A stretch of 64,000 nt of DNA from Pseudomonas aeruginosa PAO1 (GCF_000006765.1 NC_002516.2); one strand, 5' to 3'. Counted from the first letter of the stretch, positions 7,056-16,709 are shown. A program made the numbers and translations. The notes: a model not told the origin generated them from the letters alone.

Positions 7056-7526
7056 ATGTCGCAAGACCAGCAAGGGATACGCTATCTCTCCGTTGCAGAT
7101 CTCGTTCGCCTCAATGAGTTGCTCATCCTGGCCCAGACTCCGGACGAGCCGATAGGCGTCCTCAAACCGAACGAGTTGGAGTCCGCATAGCAACGGCCAG
7201 CCAACCATCGTTACTATGCTCGAACCGACGATATCATCACGCTGGCTGCGGTCTTTGCGGAAAGCTTGGCAATGAACCACTGCTTTGCCAATGGCAACAA
7301 ACGCACGGCGGCGGCGGCCGCTACGGTTTTCCTCCTGCTCAATGGCATAGAGCTGACGGGGCCCGCTCAGGACTTCGTCGACATCATGGTCGCCCTCGTG
7401 ACTCGTGAAGCGAGCGTTCAGGACCTGGAAGACTGGATGTTCTACTGGCACAGACCATTCGACGCTTACAACCTGCCGGACAGCGACGCTTTCGAGCGAA
7501 TGGTCGCCCGCTTGGGCATTGGTTAG
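7056..7526 (+). pseudogene. Doc/Fic-family (death-on-curing) toxin interrupted by in-frame TAG at codon 45; the C-terminal ORF 7266/7272-7526 is the remnant (PA0053-like)
   Basis: Frame from ATG 7056 reads MSQDQQGIRYLSVADLVRLNELLI...ELESA*QRP...HCFANGNKRTA; TAG at 7188-7190; Doc motif HxFxNGNKR intact. Confidence 0.85.
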
Positions 7527-7542
7527 TCCGTAGAACGCCTTC

Positions 7543-8091
7543 TCAAGCCTCGCGGATGAACCGCACGGGTACCCGCTCGGTCAGCCAGACGCCGTTCTCC
7601 GCCTGGTGGAATAGGTGCCCGGCCAGATGCATGTCGCGCGCGTCGATTTCCAGCAGAACCGGGCTGCCGTAGCGGCGGCCGACTTCCAGGGCGGTGGCGC
7701 GGCGGGCGGAGAGATGGACGTGGTGGCGGCTGCCGGGAACCAGGCCGCGCTCGCGGATGGAGTCGAGGAAGCGGCTGGCGGTGCCGTGGTAGAGCACTGC
7801 GGGCGGGACCGCGGGGGCGTAGGCGATGGCCACCGCGGCATGCGAGTGGCCTTGCACGGCGCGGATGCGCTGGCCATCGGCGGAGAGGGCGAAGCGCTTC
7901 TTGTCGTTGTTCTCGACCACCGCGCCGAGCAGCATGCGGTCGAGGGCGCGGCCGTCCCGCGCCGCGCCGGCGATCAGGGCGTCGATGTCGGCCCAGCCTT
8001 CGCCGTCCAGCGTCAGGCCGATGGCCTCGGGCTGGTGGCGAAGGACATAGCTGAGGAACTTGCTGGTGTCGTCGAGGGTTTTCCGATCCAT
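7543..8091 (-). CDS. kptA: RNA 2'-phosphotransferase (Tpt1/KptA family)
   Basis: [44 protein letters not shown]. Confidence 0.92.
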   Translation of the reverse strand: MDRKTLDDTSKFLSYVLRHQPEAIGLTLDGEGWADIDALIAGAARDGRALDRMLLGAVVENNDKKRFALSADGQRIRAVQGHSHAAVAIAYAPAVPPAVLYHGTASRFLDSIRERGLVPGSRHHVHLSARRATALEVGRRYGSPVLLEIDARDMHLAGHLFHQAENGVWLTERVPVRFIREA

Positions 8092-8129
8092 TCCATGGTC
8101 CTTGTGCGTGCCATCCCGGCGCGGGAACC

Positions 8130-8636
8130 TCAGGCGCCGCCGAGGAAGTCCATCTTGCCCAGTTCGACGCCGTTGTGGCGGAGGATGGCGTAGGCGGTGG
8201 TGACGTGGAAGAAGAAGTTGGGCAGGGCGAAGCCGAAGAGGAAGTCGCGGCCGTTGAAGCTGATCTCCTGGCCGCGCACCTTGAGGGTCACGTTGCGCTC
8301 TTCGGCGCCGTCCAGTTGTTCCTCGCGGATGCCCTCGAGGAACTCGACGGTGCGAGCGATGCGTGCCTGGAGTTCGTCGAAGGTGGTTTCCGTATCCGCG
8401 TAGCTCGGCACTTCCAGCCCGGCCAGCCGCGCGCCGGCGCCCTTGGCGGCGTCGCTGGCGATCTGCACCTGGCGCGCCAGGGGGAACATGTCCGGCGCCA
8501 GCCGGGCGTCGATGAAGATGCGCGGATCGATGTTCTTCGCTTCGGCGTGGGCGGCGGCTTTCTTCAGGATCGCCGAGAGGTTGCCGAGGGTGCGCAGGAA
8601 GGTCGGGATCGAAGCCTGGTAGATCGACAGGGACAT
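8130..8636 (-). CDS. DUF1993 family protein
   Basis: [17 protein letters not shown] and [29 protein letters not shown]. Confidence 0.85.
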   Translation of the reverse strand: MSLSIYQASIPTFLRTLGNLSAILKKAAAHAEAKNIDPRIFIDARLAPDMFPLARQVQIASDAAKGAGARLAGLEVPSYADTETTFDELQARIARTVEFLEGIREEQLDGAEERNVTLKVRGQEISFNGRDFLFGFALPNFFFHVTTAYAILRHNGVELGKMDFLGGA

Positions 8637-8701
8637 GGACGTGCTCCAGACAGGGGATAAAGGTGCGTCGAAGGCGGCGCGTCCAGCAGTCTACCCGGCT
8701 T

Positions 8702-9622
8702 TCACGCCAGCGCCAGGGGGCCCGCCTCGTCCCAGTGCGGATCGGCCGCCATCCGTTCGACCAGGAAGTCCAGCAGCGCCCGCAGCGCCGGCGGCATCTG
8801 CCGGCGCGAGGCGTACACCGCGTGGATGCCGAGCACCTGCGGCGACCACTCCGGCAGCAGCGCCACCAGGCGTCCGCTACGGATCAGCGGGGCTGCCGAG
8901 TACAGCGGCTGCTGGCTGATCCCGGCACCGGCGGCGGCGGCCTCCAGCAGCACGGTGGATTCGTTGGCGCTGAGACTGCCACCCACCGGCACGCTGGTCG
9001 GCTCGCCGTCGCGCTCGAACTGCCAGAGACTGCGGCCGAAGTAGGAGTAGGTCAGGCAGTTGTGCAGCGCCAGGTCCTCCGGGCGCCGCGGGGTGCCGTG
9101 GCGGCGCAGGTAGTCCGGCGCGGCGCAGATCACCGAGCGGCATTCGCCGAGGCGGCGGGCGATCAGGTTGGGGTCGAGCTGGTTGGCGATGCGCAGGGCC
9201 AGGTCGATGCGCTCCTCCACCAGGTTGACCACCTGGCTGTTGACCTGCAGGTCGATGGCGGTGCCCGGGTAGCGCTCGACGAAGGCGGCGGCGGCACGGG
9301 TCAGCCAGGCCTGGGCGAAGGACAGGCTGCTGGTGATGCGCAGAGTGCCGCGCGGGCTGTCGCGGCGGGTCTGGCCGGTGGCCTGCATGGCGTCGGCCAC
9401 GGCGAGCATCTCGCGGCACTGCGGCAACAGCTCCGCGCCGGCGTCGGTCAGGCTCAGGCGGCGGGTGCTGCGGTGCAGCAGGCGTGCGCCGACCCACTCC
9501 TCCAACTCGGCGAGGTAGCGCGAGACCATCGCCCGGGACATGTCCAGACGCTCGGCGGCGGCGGTCTGGCTGCCGCTGTCGATGACTTCGACGAAGACGC
9601 GAGTGGCGGTCAGGCGGTCCAT
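8702..9622 (-). CDS. LysR-family regulator (PA0056-like), divergent from the MBL-dsbM operon
   Basis: [10 protein letters not shown]...[26 protein letters not shown] plus substrate-binding domain. Confidence 0.93.
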   Translation of the reverse strand: MDRLTATRVFVEVIDSGSQTAAAERLDMSRAMVSRYLAELEEWVGARLLHRSTRRLSLTDAGAELLPQCREMLAVADAMQATGQTRRDSPRGTLRITSSLSFAQAWLTRAAAAFVERYPGTAIDLQVNSQVVNLVEERIDLALRIANQLDPNLIARRLGECRSVICAAPDYLRRHGTPRRPEDLALHNCLTYSYFGRSLWQFERDGEPTSVPVGGSLSANESTVLLEAAAAGAGISQQPLYSAAPLIRSGRLVALLPEWSPQVLGIHAVYASRRQMPPALRALLDFLVERMAADPHWDEAGPLALA

Positions 9623-9729
9623 GATTCGCTCGATCCATGCAACAAAGCTGTGATTATTGCGGGGCTTTTTGCGCGCTTTCAAGCAACTAACATGGCAAGC
9701 CTCTGATCCCACTGCCTGGAGAACCGCTC

Positions 9730-10617
9730 ATGTCGCGCCATGGATTGCTTCGTTCCCTGTTCGCCGCCGCCGCCCTGCTGGGGGCCGCCGGCGTCTTCGC
9801 CGCCAGCGCCGAACCGCTGCGGCTGGAGGTCTACAACCCCGGCGAGAAGGCGATCTTCGCCGTGTCCTCGGAACTGCTGGTGGGCCAGCGCGAGGCGATG
9901 CTGATCGACGCGCAGTTCTCCCGCGCCGACGCCGAGCAACTGGTCAAGCGTATCCAGGCCAGCGGCAAGACCCTCAGCACTATCTACATCAGCCACGGCG
10001 ACCCGGACTTCTACTTCGGCCTCGACGTGCTGAAGGCCGCCTTCCCCGAGGCGAAGATCCTCGCGACGGCGCAGACCGTCGCACACATCCAGGCGACCAA
10101 GGACGCCAAGCTGGCCTACTGGGGGCCGATCCTCAAGGACAACGCGCCGACGTCGCTGGTGGTGCCGGAGCCGCTGAAGGGCGACCAGTTGAAGCTGGAA
10201 GGCCATGCCCTGAAGGTGGTCGACCTGAAGGGGCCGAGCCCGGACCGCACGGTGCTGTGGATTCCGTCGCTGAAGACGGTGGTTGGTGGCGTGCTGGTGG
10301 AATCCGGTTCGCACGTCTGGACCGCCGATACCCAGACCCAGGCCTCGCGCCAGGCCTGGGTGGCGATGCTCGACCGGATCGAGGCGCTGCAACCGCGGCG
10401 CGTGGTGCCCGGCCATTTCACCGGCGAGGAGCCGAAGGGCCTGGACGGCGTGCGCTTCACCCGTGACTACCTGAAGGCCCTGGAAGCCGAACTGCCCAAG
10501 GCCAGGGATTCCGCCGCGCTGGTCGAGGCGATGAAGCGCCGCTACCCGAACCTGCCGGGCGAGGAAGGCCTGGAGCTGAGCGCCAAGGTGCTCAAGGGCG
10601 AGATGCAGTGGCCCTGA
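9730..10617 (+). CDS. Secreted metallo-beta-lactamase-fold protein
   Basis: Signal peptide; LIDAQF, YISHGDPDFYFG, VVPGH motifs. Confidence 0.85.
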   Translation: MSRHGLLRSLFAAAALLGAAGVFAASAEPLRLEVYNPGEKAIFAVSSELLVGQREAMLIDAQFSRADAEQLVKRIQASGKTLSTIYISHGDPDFYFGLDVLKAAFPEAKILATAQTVAHIQATKDAKLAYWGPILKDNAPTSLVVPEPLKGDQLKLEGHALKVVDLKGPSPDRTVLWIPSLKTVVGGVLVESGSHVWTADTQTQASRQAWVAMLDRIEALQPRRVVPGHFTGEEPKGLDGVRFTRDYLKALEAELPKARDSAALVEAMKRRYPNLPGEEGLELSAKVLKGEMQWP

Positions 10618-10679
10618 GCCGCGCCCGCCGATAGCCGCTGATCGAGGCGTCCCCTGCGGGGCGTCTCGTGGAGACCGAG

Positions 10680-11384
10680 ATGAACGACCTCACCCTGCAT
10701 TACCTCTACGATCCGCTCTGCGGCTGGTGCTACGGCGCCTCGCCGCTGCTCGCCGCCGCCTGCGAGGTGACGGGTCTGGACGTACGCCTGCATGGCGGCG
10801 GCATGATGACCGATGCCAACCGCCAGCCGGTCGGCGCCGGTCTGCGCCACTACGTGATGCCCCATGACCTGCGGATCGCCCAACTGACCGGCCAGCCGTT
10901 CGGCAAGGACTACTTCGACGGCCTGCTGCGCGACACCAGCGCGGTATTCGACTCGGCCCCGCCGACCGCCGCCGTGCTTGCCGCCGAAGCGCTCGACGGC
11001 CTCGGCGCGGCGATGCTGGCGCGGATCCAGCGTGCCCACTACGTCGAGGGCCGGCGTATCGCCGAGCGTCCGGTGCTGCTCGAGCTGGGTGCCGAACTGG
11101 GGCTTGGCGAGGGCTTCGCCGAGGCGTTCGACGCCTGCTCCGGCGAGCCGCTGCGCGCGCACTTCGCCGACAGTCGGCGGCTGATGAACCGTCTCGGCGC
11201 CGCTGGCTTCCCGACCTTCGCCCTGGAGCGCGACGGCCGCCTGCAGGTGCTCGACACCGGGCGCTACCTCGGCCAGCCGGACGACTGGCGGGCTTTCCTC
11301 GAAACGCAGCTGCGCCTTGCCGGCGGCAGCGGTGCCGTGGGCGGGGCCGCGGCGCCGCTCTGCCGCATCGACGGTTGCGCCTGA
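10680..11384 (+). CDS. dsbM: DsbA-family (thioredoxin-fold) disulfide oxidoreductase
   Basis: YDPLCGWCYG CxxC and GFPTF cis-Pro motif; no signal peptide; GGAG RBS. Confidence 0.8.
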   Translation: MNDLTLHYLYDPLCGWCYGASPLLAAACEVTGLDVRLHGGGMMTDANRQPVGAGLRHYVMPHDLRIAQLTGQPFGKDYFDGLLRDTSAVFDSAPPTAAVLAAEALDGLGAAMLARIQRAHYVEGRRIAERPVLLELGAELGLGEGFAEAFDACSGEPLRAHFADSRRLMNRLGAAGFPTFALERDGRLQVLDTGRYLGQPDDWRAFLETQLRLAGGSGAVGGAAAPLCRIDGCA

Positions 11385-11497
11385 ATCCCGCCGCCGCGCA
11401 AGCGGACTGAACTTGTCCGGCTGCGTCGTCCTCCCATGTAGACATGCCCGCTCGCCGACGCGAGCGGATGTCCATCCACAGCTCCGGAGGAGTCGAC

Positions 11498-11923
11498 ATG
11501 AAGAAGACGGCATCGGCGGTCTGGCAAGGCGGCCTGAAAGACGGCAAGGGCACCCTTTCCACTGAAAGCGGCGCGCTCAAGGACAACCCCTATGGCTTCA
11601 ATACCCGCTTCGAGGGCGCACCGGGAACCAACCCGGAAGAGCTGATCGGCGCGGCCCACGCCGGCTGCTTCAGCATGGCCCTGTCGATGATGCTCGGCGA
11701 GGCCGGCCTGACCGCCGAACGTATCGAGACCCGCGCCGAGGTCACCCTCGACAAGCAGTCCGACGGTTTCGCCATCACTGCCGTGCACCTGGTGCTCAGG
11801 GCGCGCGTGCCGGGGGCGGACGCGCAGACCTTCGAGCAGATCGCCAACAAGGCCAAGGCCGGTTGCCCGGTATCCAAGGTGCTCAACGCGAAGATCAGCC
11901 TGGACGCCAGCCTCGACGGCTGA
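11498..11923 (+). CDS. osmC: OsmC peroxiredoxin
   Basis: GGAGG RBS; TNPEELIGAAHAGCFSMAL and AKAGCPVSK. Confidence 0.95.
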   Translation: MKKTASAVWQGGLKDGKGTLSTESGALKDNPYGFNTRFEGAPGTNPEELIGAAHAGCFSMALSMMLGEAGLTAERIETRAEVTLDKQSDGFAITAVHLVLRARVPGADAQTFEQIANKAKAGCPVSKVLNAKISLDASLDG

Positions 11924-12033
11924 GCGGAACGCTTCCCCAGCCCGGCGAACTGGCCCTGGCCTGCCGCAGTCGAATGCGGCAGGATGCGCTGCGCAGCACT
12001 CGGCTGCCAGGCATCGACGAGGAGTGACGGGTC

Positions 12034-12267
12034 ATGAAAACCATCGGGCTGGGGATTGCCACCTTGCTGTTCAGCGCCACGGCGCTGGCCGCGCCGAAGC
12101 CGTGCGAGGAACTCAAGGCGGAGATCGAGACCAAGATCCAGTCGGCCGGGGTGACCTCCTACACCCTGGAGATCGTGCGCAACGACGAAGTCAGCGACCC
12201 GAACATGGTGGTCGGCAGTTGCGAGAACGGCACCAAGAAGATCATCTACCAGAAGAACGACGACTGA
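12034..12267 (+). CDS. Small secreted DUF1161 protein
   Basis: Signal peptide; KPCEELKAEI...VVGSCENGTKKIIY. Confidence 0.85.
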   Translation: MKTIGLGIATLLFSATALAAPKPCEELKAEIETKIQSAGVTSYTLEIVRNDEVSDPNMVVGSCENGTKKIIYQKNDD

Positions 12268-12278
12268 GCCGCTGCGTT

Positions 12279-12716
12279 TCAGTACGGCGGGCAGCGGCTG
12301 GTCTGGAAGTTCGAACGGGCGACCACCTCGCCACGCTCGTCGCTCAGTAGCGCCAGCGCCCTGCGCAATTGCGGGCGCACCTCCAGGCGATAGCGCCGGC
12401 CCGCCTCGAAGCCGTCATAGACCACCTGCTGGTAGCAGTTGATCTGCACCGGCTCGCCGAAGCCGCCCCCCCCGCCGCCGGAACCGCCATAGAGTTCGTA
12501 CTGGAAGCGCACCTCCAGCACATGGCGTCCCGGAGTGACCTGGAAGTAGCGCCCGTCGCTCAACCGCTCGCCGTCCAGGCGCTCGGCCAGCAGGGTGTTG
12601 GCCGGCGCGCTGCGCAGCTCGACCCAGGCCATCTGCGGGTCCGGCTGCGGCAGCGGTCCGGCGCAGCCGGCGAGGAGCAGCAGCGCGAGCGGGACGAGAC
12701 GGGTGAGTGGACGCAT
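12279..12716 (-). CDS. Putative lipoprotein (PA0061-like)
   Basis: Lipobox LLLAGC; paralog of the adjacent gene. Confidence 0.8.
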   Translation of the reverse strand: MRPLTRLVPLALLLLAGCAGPLPQPDPQMAWVELRSAPANTLLAERLDGERLSDGRYFQVTPGRHVLEVRFQYELYGGSGGGGGGFGEPVQINCYQQVVYDGFEAGRRYRLEVRPQLRRALALLSDERGEVVARSNFQTSRCPPY

Positions 12717-12772
12717 GGGGCGGGCTCCGGAGGGTGTTCAGCTCCTAGCATAGCGCCCTCGCCTTGCGCCGT

Positions 12773-13189
12773 TCAGACCTTCGCGCAGCGCCCCTCGCGG
12801 CCGCGCGCCAGTTCCCTGTTGTCCTGGTCGTAGAGCTTCGCCCAGGGACGGAAGCCGATGTGCCCGGCCTCCAGGCGGTAGCGCTGGCCGGCGCTGAAGT
12901 CCTTGAACTTGAGGTTGAGCTGGCAATCGCGCCAGAGCGGGCTGTCCACGGGGCCGATGTTGGTCGGGTCGACGGTGAACTGGTAGCGCACCGTGAGTTC
13001 GCGGGTGCCGGGATCGACCTCGAAGTAGCGCGTGCGGTCCCAGCTCTTGTCGTCGACTTCCACGGCGGCGAGATCGGCGTCGGGCTGGGTATCGAGGTCG
13101 ACCCAGGCGCGGTTCGGGTCGGGGGTGGGCATCAGCAGTGAGCAGCCGCTCAGGACGAGCAGGCCACCGGCAAGCAGCAGCGTACGCAT
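12773..13189 (-). CDS. Putative lipoprotein (PA0062-like)
   Basis: Lipobox LVLSGC; PxPDP..AWV.L shared with 12279-12716. Confidence 0.8.
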   Translation of the reverse strand: MRTLLLAGGLLVLSGCSLLMPTPDPNRAWVDLDTQPDADLAAVEVDDKSWDRTRYFEVDPGTRELTVRYQFTVDPTNIGPVDSPLWRDCQLNLKFKDFSAGQRYRLEAGHIGFRPWAKLYDQDNRELARGREGRCAKV

Positions 13190-13328
13190 AGAAGACTCCG
13201 AAGCTCCTTTAACCCGGCCGCCATCCGTCGCGCCTTGGAAAAACGCCTTGCGTTCCTCCGCCTCGCCGGATCGCGGACCGGTGCTGGTAGGGCGGCGGGC
13301 GGTCCGCGTGCTGTGCTATGTTCCGCCC

Positions 13329-14408
13329 ATGCCACGCCGCCTTCGCCATCCGCTTGCTGACCTTCGACTGCCCCGTTGGGTTCCCTGCCTGGCGCTGTTG
13401 GCGCTGAGCGGTTGCTCGACCGTCTCCTACTACGGGCAACTGGCCAGCGGCCAGTTCGCCCTGCTGCGCGCCCGCGAGCCGGCCGCCGCGGTGATCGCCG
13501 ACCCGCAGCGCGACGCGCGCTTGCGCGAACGCCTGGCGAAGGCGGAAAAGGCCCGGCAATTCGCCAGCGAACGCCTCGGCCTGCCGGACAACCGCAGCTA
13601 TCGCCTGTACGCCGATATCGGCCGGCCCTACGTGGTATGGAACGTGTTCGCCACCCCGGAGCTGTCGCTGCAGCCGGTCACCCATTGCTTCCCCATCGCC
13701 GGCTGCGTGGCCTACCGCGGCTACTACAGCGAGGCCGCCGCGCGCGCCGAGGCGGCGCGCCAGCGGGCGCTCGGCGACGACGTCTACGTCGGCGGGGTGC
13801 AGGCCTACTCGACCCTCGGCTGGTTCGACGATCCGATCCTCAGCAGCATGCTGCGCTGGGACGACGAACGGCTGGCGACCTTGATCTTCCACGAACTGGC
13901 GCACCAGAAGTTCTACCTGCGCGACGACACCGCCTTCAACGAATCCTTCGCCACCTTCGTCGAACAGGAAGGTACCCGCCAGTGGCGCGAGTATCGTGGA
14001 CTGCCGCCGGCGGACGGCCGCGAGGAGAAGCGCCGCGAGCAGTTCACCGCGCTGGTCCTGGCCAGTCGTGCGCGCCTCGAAGCACTTTATGCCGGGCCGT
14101 TGGACGATGCCGCCAAGCGTGCCGGCAAGGCTGCCGAATTCCAGCGCCTGCGCCGCGAGTACGCGGCGCTGAGCCAGCGCGAATGGGGTGGCGAGTCGCC
14201 GTTCAAGGCCTGGATCGACGCGCCGTTCAACAATGCCAAGCTGCTTCCCTTCGGCCTCTACGACCAATGGGTGGCGGCGTTCGCCGTGCTGTTCCGCCAG
14301 GTCGGCGGCAACTGGCCGGCGTTCTATGCGCGGGTCCGTGCCCTTGGCCAGCTCCCCCTGGCGGAGCGCCAGGCGGCGTTGCAGCGGCTGGCCGCCGCAG
14401 CGCCCTGA
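13329..14408 (+). CDS. Putative zinc aminopeptidase lipoprotein; start uncertain
   Basis: Lipobox LALSGC; HELAH (HExxH) motif; YSTLGWFDDP. Confidence 0.8.
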   Translation: MPRRLRHPLADLRLPRWVPCLALLALSGCSTVSYYGQLASGQFALLRAREPAAAVIADPQRDARLRERLAKAEKARQFASERLGLPDNRSYRLYADIGRPYVVWNVFATPELSLQPVTHCFPIAGCVAYRGYYSEAAARAEAARQRALGDDVYVGGVQAYSTLGWFDDPILSSMLRWDDERLATLIFHELAHQKFYLRDDTAFNESFATFVEQEGTRQWREYRGLPPADGREEKRREQFTALVLASRARLEALYAGPLDDAAKRAGKAAEFQRLRREYAALSQREWGGESPFKAWIDAPFNNAKLLPFGLYDQWVAAFAVLFRQVGGNWPAFYARVRALGQLPLAERQAALQRLAAAAP

Positions 14409-14415
14409 CGCCTGC

Positions 14416-15399
14416 TCAGGCGGCGAGCTGGTCGGCGTAGCACCAGCGCGTGGCCAGCCGGCCGATCGGCCAGAGCAGCGCCAACAGGCCGACGCCGAGC
14501 AGCGCCACCAGCAGCGTATAGCCGATGCCAGCGGGCGCCAGGCCGAGGATCATCAGCAGCGCCAGCCCCCCGCCGACCGCCAGCAGCGCGACGCTCCAGA
14601 GCAGCATGGCGACCACCGCGAGCAGCAGCGCGCGGCCGGCGGCGAAGCGTTGCAGGCGCGCCGGCAGGCGCGTGCAGACGGCGCCGAAGAGCAGCGCCGC
14701 GGGCAACGCCACGCCGCTCAGGTACAGGCCGTATAGCCAAGGCTCGTCGTAGCGCAGCAGGGCGTAGGGAAGGAACTGCATCAGCTTGAAACACAGCGTG
14801 GCGAAACACAGCGCGGCGCCCAGGGCGACCTGCCAGGCAGCGACGCGGGCTTCTTCCCCTTCGGCCAGGCGCGGCGAGTTCACCCGGCTGCCGAGCAGCA
14901 CCAGCCCCAACGGCAGCAGGCTGCCCAGGAGCAGGTAGACCCAGCTCATCGCTTCGTTGAACGCCATCAGCCAGACGCCGTAGCTGGATTGCGCCGTCAC
15001 CCACTGGTAGAACGGCAGCGTCAGCGGTGCCAGGCCGATCCCGGCGAGCATGCCGCAGACCAGGTTGAGCAGACCGTAGCCGATCAGCAGCAGCGCCAGC
15101 GGGCGGAACTCGACGAGCTGCCGCTTCTCGCGGTAGGCATGCAGCACCAGCAGGTTGGCCGCCGCGTAGAACACCAGGCCGGTGAACCAGTGCGGCGCCA
15201 TCAGTTGCAGGTGCTCGGAGAAACGCTGGCGGATCTCGCCAATGTCGTTGTACCACTGGATGCCCAGGCTTACGGCGAAGGACAGGCAGGTGACCAGCGC
15301 CAGCACCGCGATGAACGCATAGGGCTGGGTGGTGGCGGGCACCTCTCTGGCCGGCGGCTGCACCGGGGCGGTGGGGGTGGCGAAGGGGTTGTCGGTCAT
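14416..15399 (-). CDS. Multi-pass membrane hypothetical protein
   Basis: MTDNPFATP start; about 8-9 hydrophobic segments. Confidence 0.75.
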   Translation of the reverse strand: MTDNPFATPTAPVQPPAREVPATTQPYAFIAVLALVTCLSFAVSLGIQWYNDIGEIRQRFSEHLQLMAPHWFTGLVFYAAANLLVLHAYREKRQLVEFRPLALLLIGYGLLNLVCGMLAGIGLAPLTLPFYQWVTAQSSYGVWLMAFNEAMSWVYLLLGSLLPLGLVLLGSRVNSPRLAEGEEARVAAWQVALGAALCFATLCFKLMQFLPYALLRYDEPWLYGLYLSGVALPAALLFGAVCTRLPARLQRFAAGRALLLAVVAMLLWSVALLAVGGGLALLMILGLAPAGIGYTLLVALLGVGLLALLWPIGRLATRWCYADQLAA

Positions 15400-15431
15400 G
15401 TCAGGCGTCCTTGTCTGAAACGGAGCATGGG

Positions 15432-16097
15432 TCAGTGGGATTCCAATACCTGCCGCAGGGCGGCGAGGTCGGCGCAGTAATGGGTCGGCTGGTGCGCGCG
15501 CAGTTCGTCTTCGCTGCCGAAGCCGTAGCCGACGCCGATGCAGGCGACACCGTTGCGGCTGGCGCCGAGCAGGTCGTGCATGCGGTCGCCGATCATCAGG
15601 CAATGCTCCGCTGCCAGGCCTTCGCTGTCGAGCAGATGGCGGATCAGTTCCTCCTTGTGCGTGCGCGTGCCGTCCAGCTCGCTGCCGTAGATCGCCTTGA
15701 AGTGACGGTCGAAGGCGAAGTGGCGGGCGATCTCGCGGGCGAACACGCCGGGCTTGCTGGTCGCGACGTAGAGCGTGTGGCCGCGTCCGACCAGGGCTTC
15801 GAGCAGCTCGGGAATGCCGTCGAACACGCGGTTCTCGTAGAGACCGGTGACCCTGAAGCGCTCGCGGTAGTGGTTCACCGCCTCCCAGGCGCGCGCTTCG
15901 TCGAAGCCGTAGGTCTGCATGAAGCACTGCAACAGCGGGGGGCCGATGAAGTGTTCCAGGCGCGCCAGGTCCGGCTCGTCGATGCCCAGGCGGGCGAGGG
16001 CGAACTGCACCGAGCGGGTGATGCCCTCGCGTGGGTCGGTGAGGGTGCCGTCGAGATCGAAGAGGATGTTCGGGTAGCGCAGCGCGGCGTCACGCAT
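15432..16097 (-). CDS. HAD-superfamily hydrolase/phosphatase
   Basis: FDLDGTLTD, VATSK, MIGDRMHD. Confidence 0.92.
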   Translation of the reverse strand: MRDAALRYPNILFDLDGTLTDPREGITRSVQFALARLGIDEPDLARLEHFIGPPLLQCFMQTYGFDEARAWEAVNHYRERFRVTGLYENRVFDGIPELLEALVGRGHTLYVATSKPGVFAREIARHFAFDRHFKAIYGSELDGTRTHKEELIRHLLDSEGLAAEHCLMIGDRMHDLLGASRNGVACIGVGYGFGSEDELRAHQPTHYCADLAALRQVLESH

Positions 16098-16632
16098 GGT
16101 AGTCCTCGGCGATGTGCAGGTCCTTGAGCTTCACGTAGTTGCCGGCGGTGTAGGCGAAGAAGCCGCGCTCCTTGTCGCTCAGCGGACGGGCCTTCTTCGC
16201 CGGGCTGCCGACGTAGAGGAAGCCGCTCTCCAGCACCTTGCCCGGCGGCACCAGGCTGCCGGCGCCGAGGATCACTTCGTCCTCGATCACCGCGCCGTCC
16301 ATGACGATCGAGCCCATCCCCACCAGCACCCGGTTGCCGATGCTGCAACCGTGCAGCAGGACCTTGTGCCCGACGGTCACTTCGTCGCCGATGCTCAGCG
16401 GAAAACCGTCCGGGTTGAAGGGGCCGGCGTGGGTGATGTGCAGCACGCTGCCGTCCTGGATGCTGCTGCGCTGGCCGATGCGGATGCGGTGCATGTCGCC
16501 GCGGATCACCACCAGCGGCCAGACCGAGCTGTCGGCGCCGATCTCGATGTCGCCGACGAGCACGGCCGAGGGATCGACGAAGACCCGCTCGCCGAGCAGT
16601 GGCGTTTTGCCCTGGTAGGAACGAATGGTCAC
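16090..16632 (-). CDS. Gamma-carbonic-anhydrase-like hexapeptide-repeat protein (YrdA family)
   Basis: RGDMHRIRIG, IQDGSVLH, VGHKVLLHGC; overlaps the HAD gene by 8 nt. Confidence 0.9.
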   Translation of the reverse strand: MTIRSYQGKTPLLGERVFVDPSAVLVGDIEIGADSSVWPLVVIRGDMHRIRIGQRSSIQDGSVLHITHAGPFNPDGFPLSIGDEVTVGHKVLLHGCSIGNRVLVGMGSIVMDGAVIEDEVILGAGSLVPPGKVLESGFLYVGSPAKKARPLSDKERGFFAYTAGNYVKLKDLHIAEDYHA

Positions 16633-16709
16633 GATAGTTTTCCTCAGGCTGCGGATGCCGCCGATTGTATTTAAGATGGTCGGGTATTTCCTTAGCCAAG
16701 GTTGCCAAC

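Noticed and set aside
7266-7526. Stand-alone 86-aa hypothetical ORF
   Set aside because: It is the in-frame C-terminal part of the Doc gene starting at 7056; treated as a pseudogene fragment
6620-7540. IS or prophage remnant around the toxin-antitoxin pair
   Set aside because: No transposase or integrase fragment, terminal inverted repeats or att-like duplication were visible
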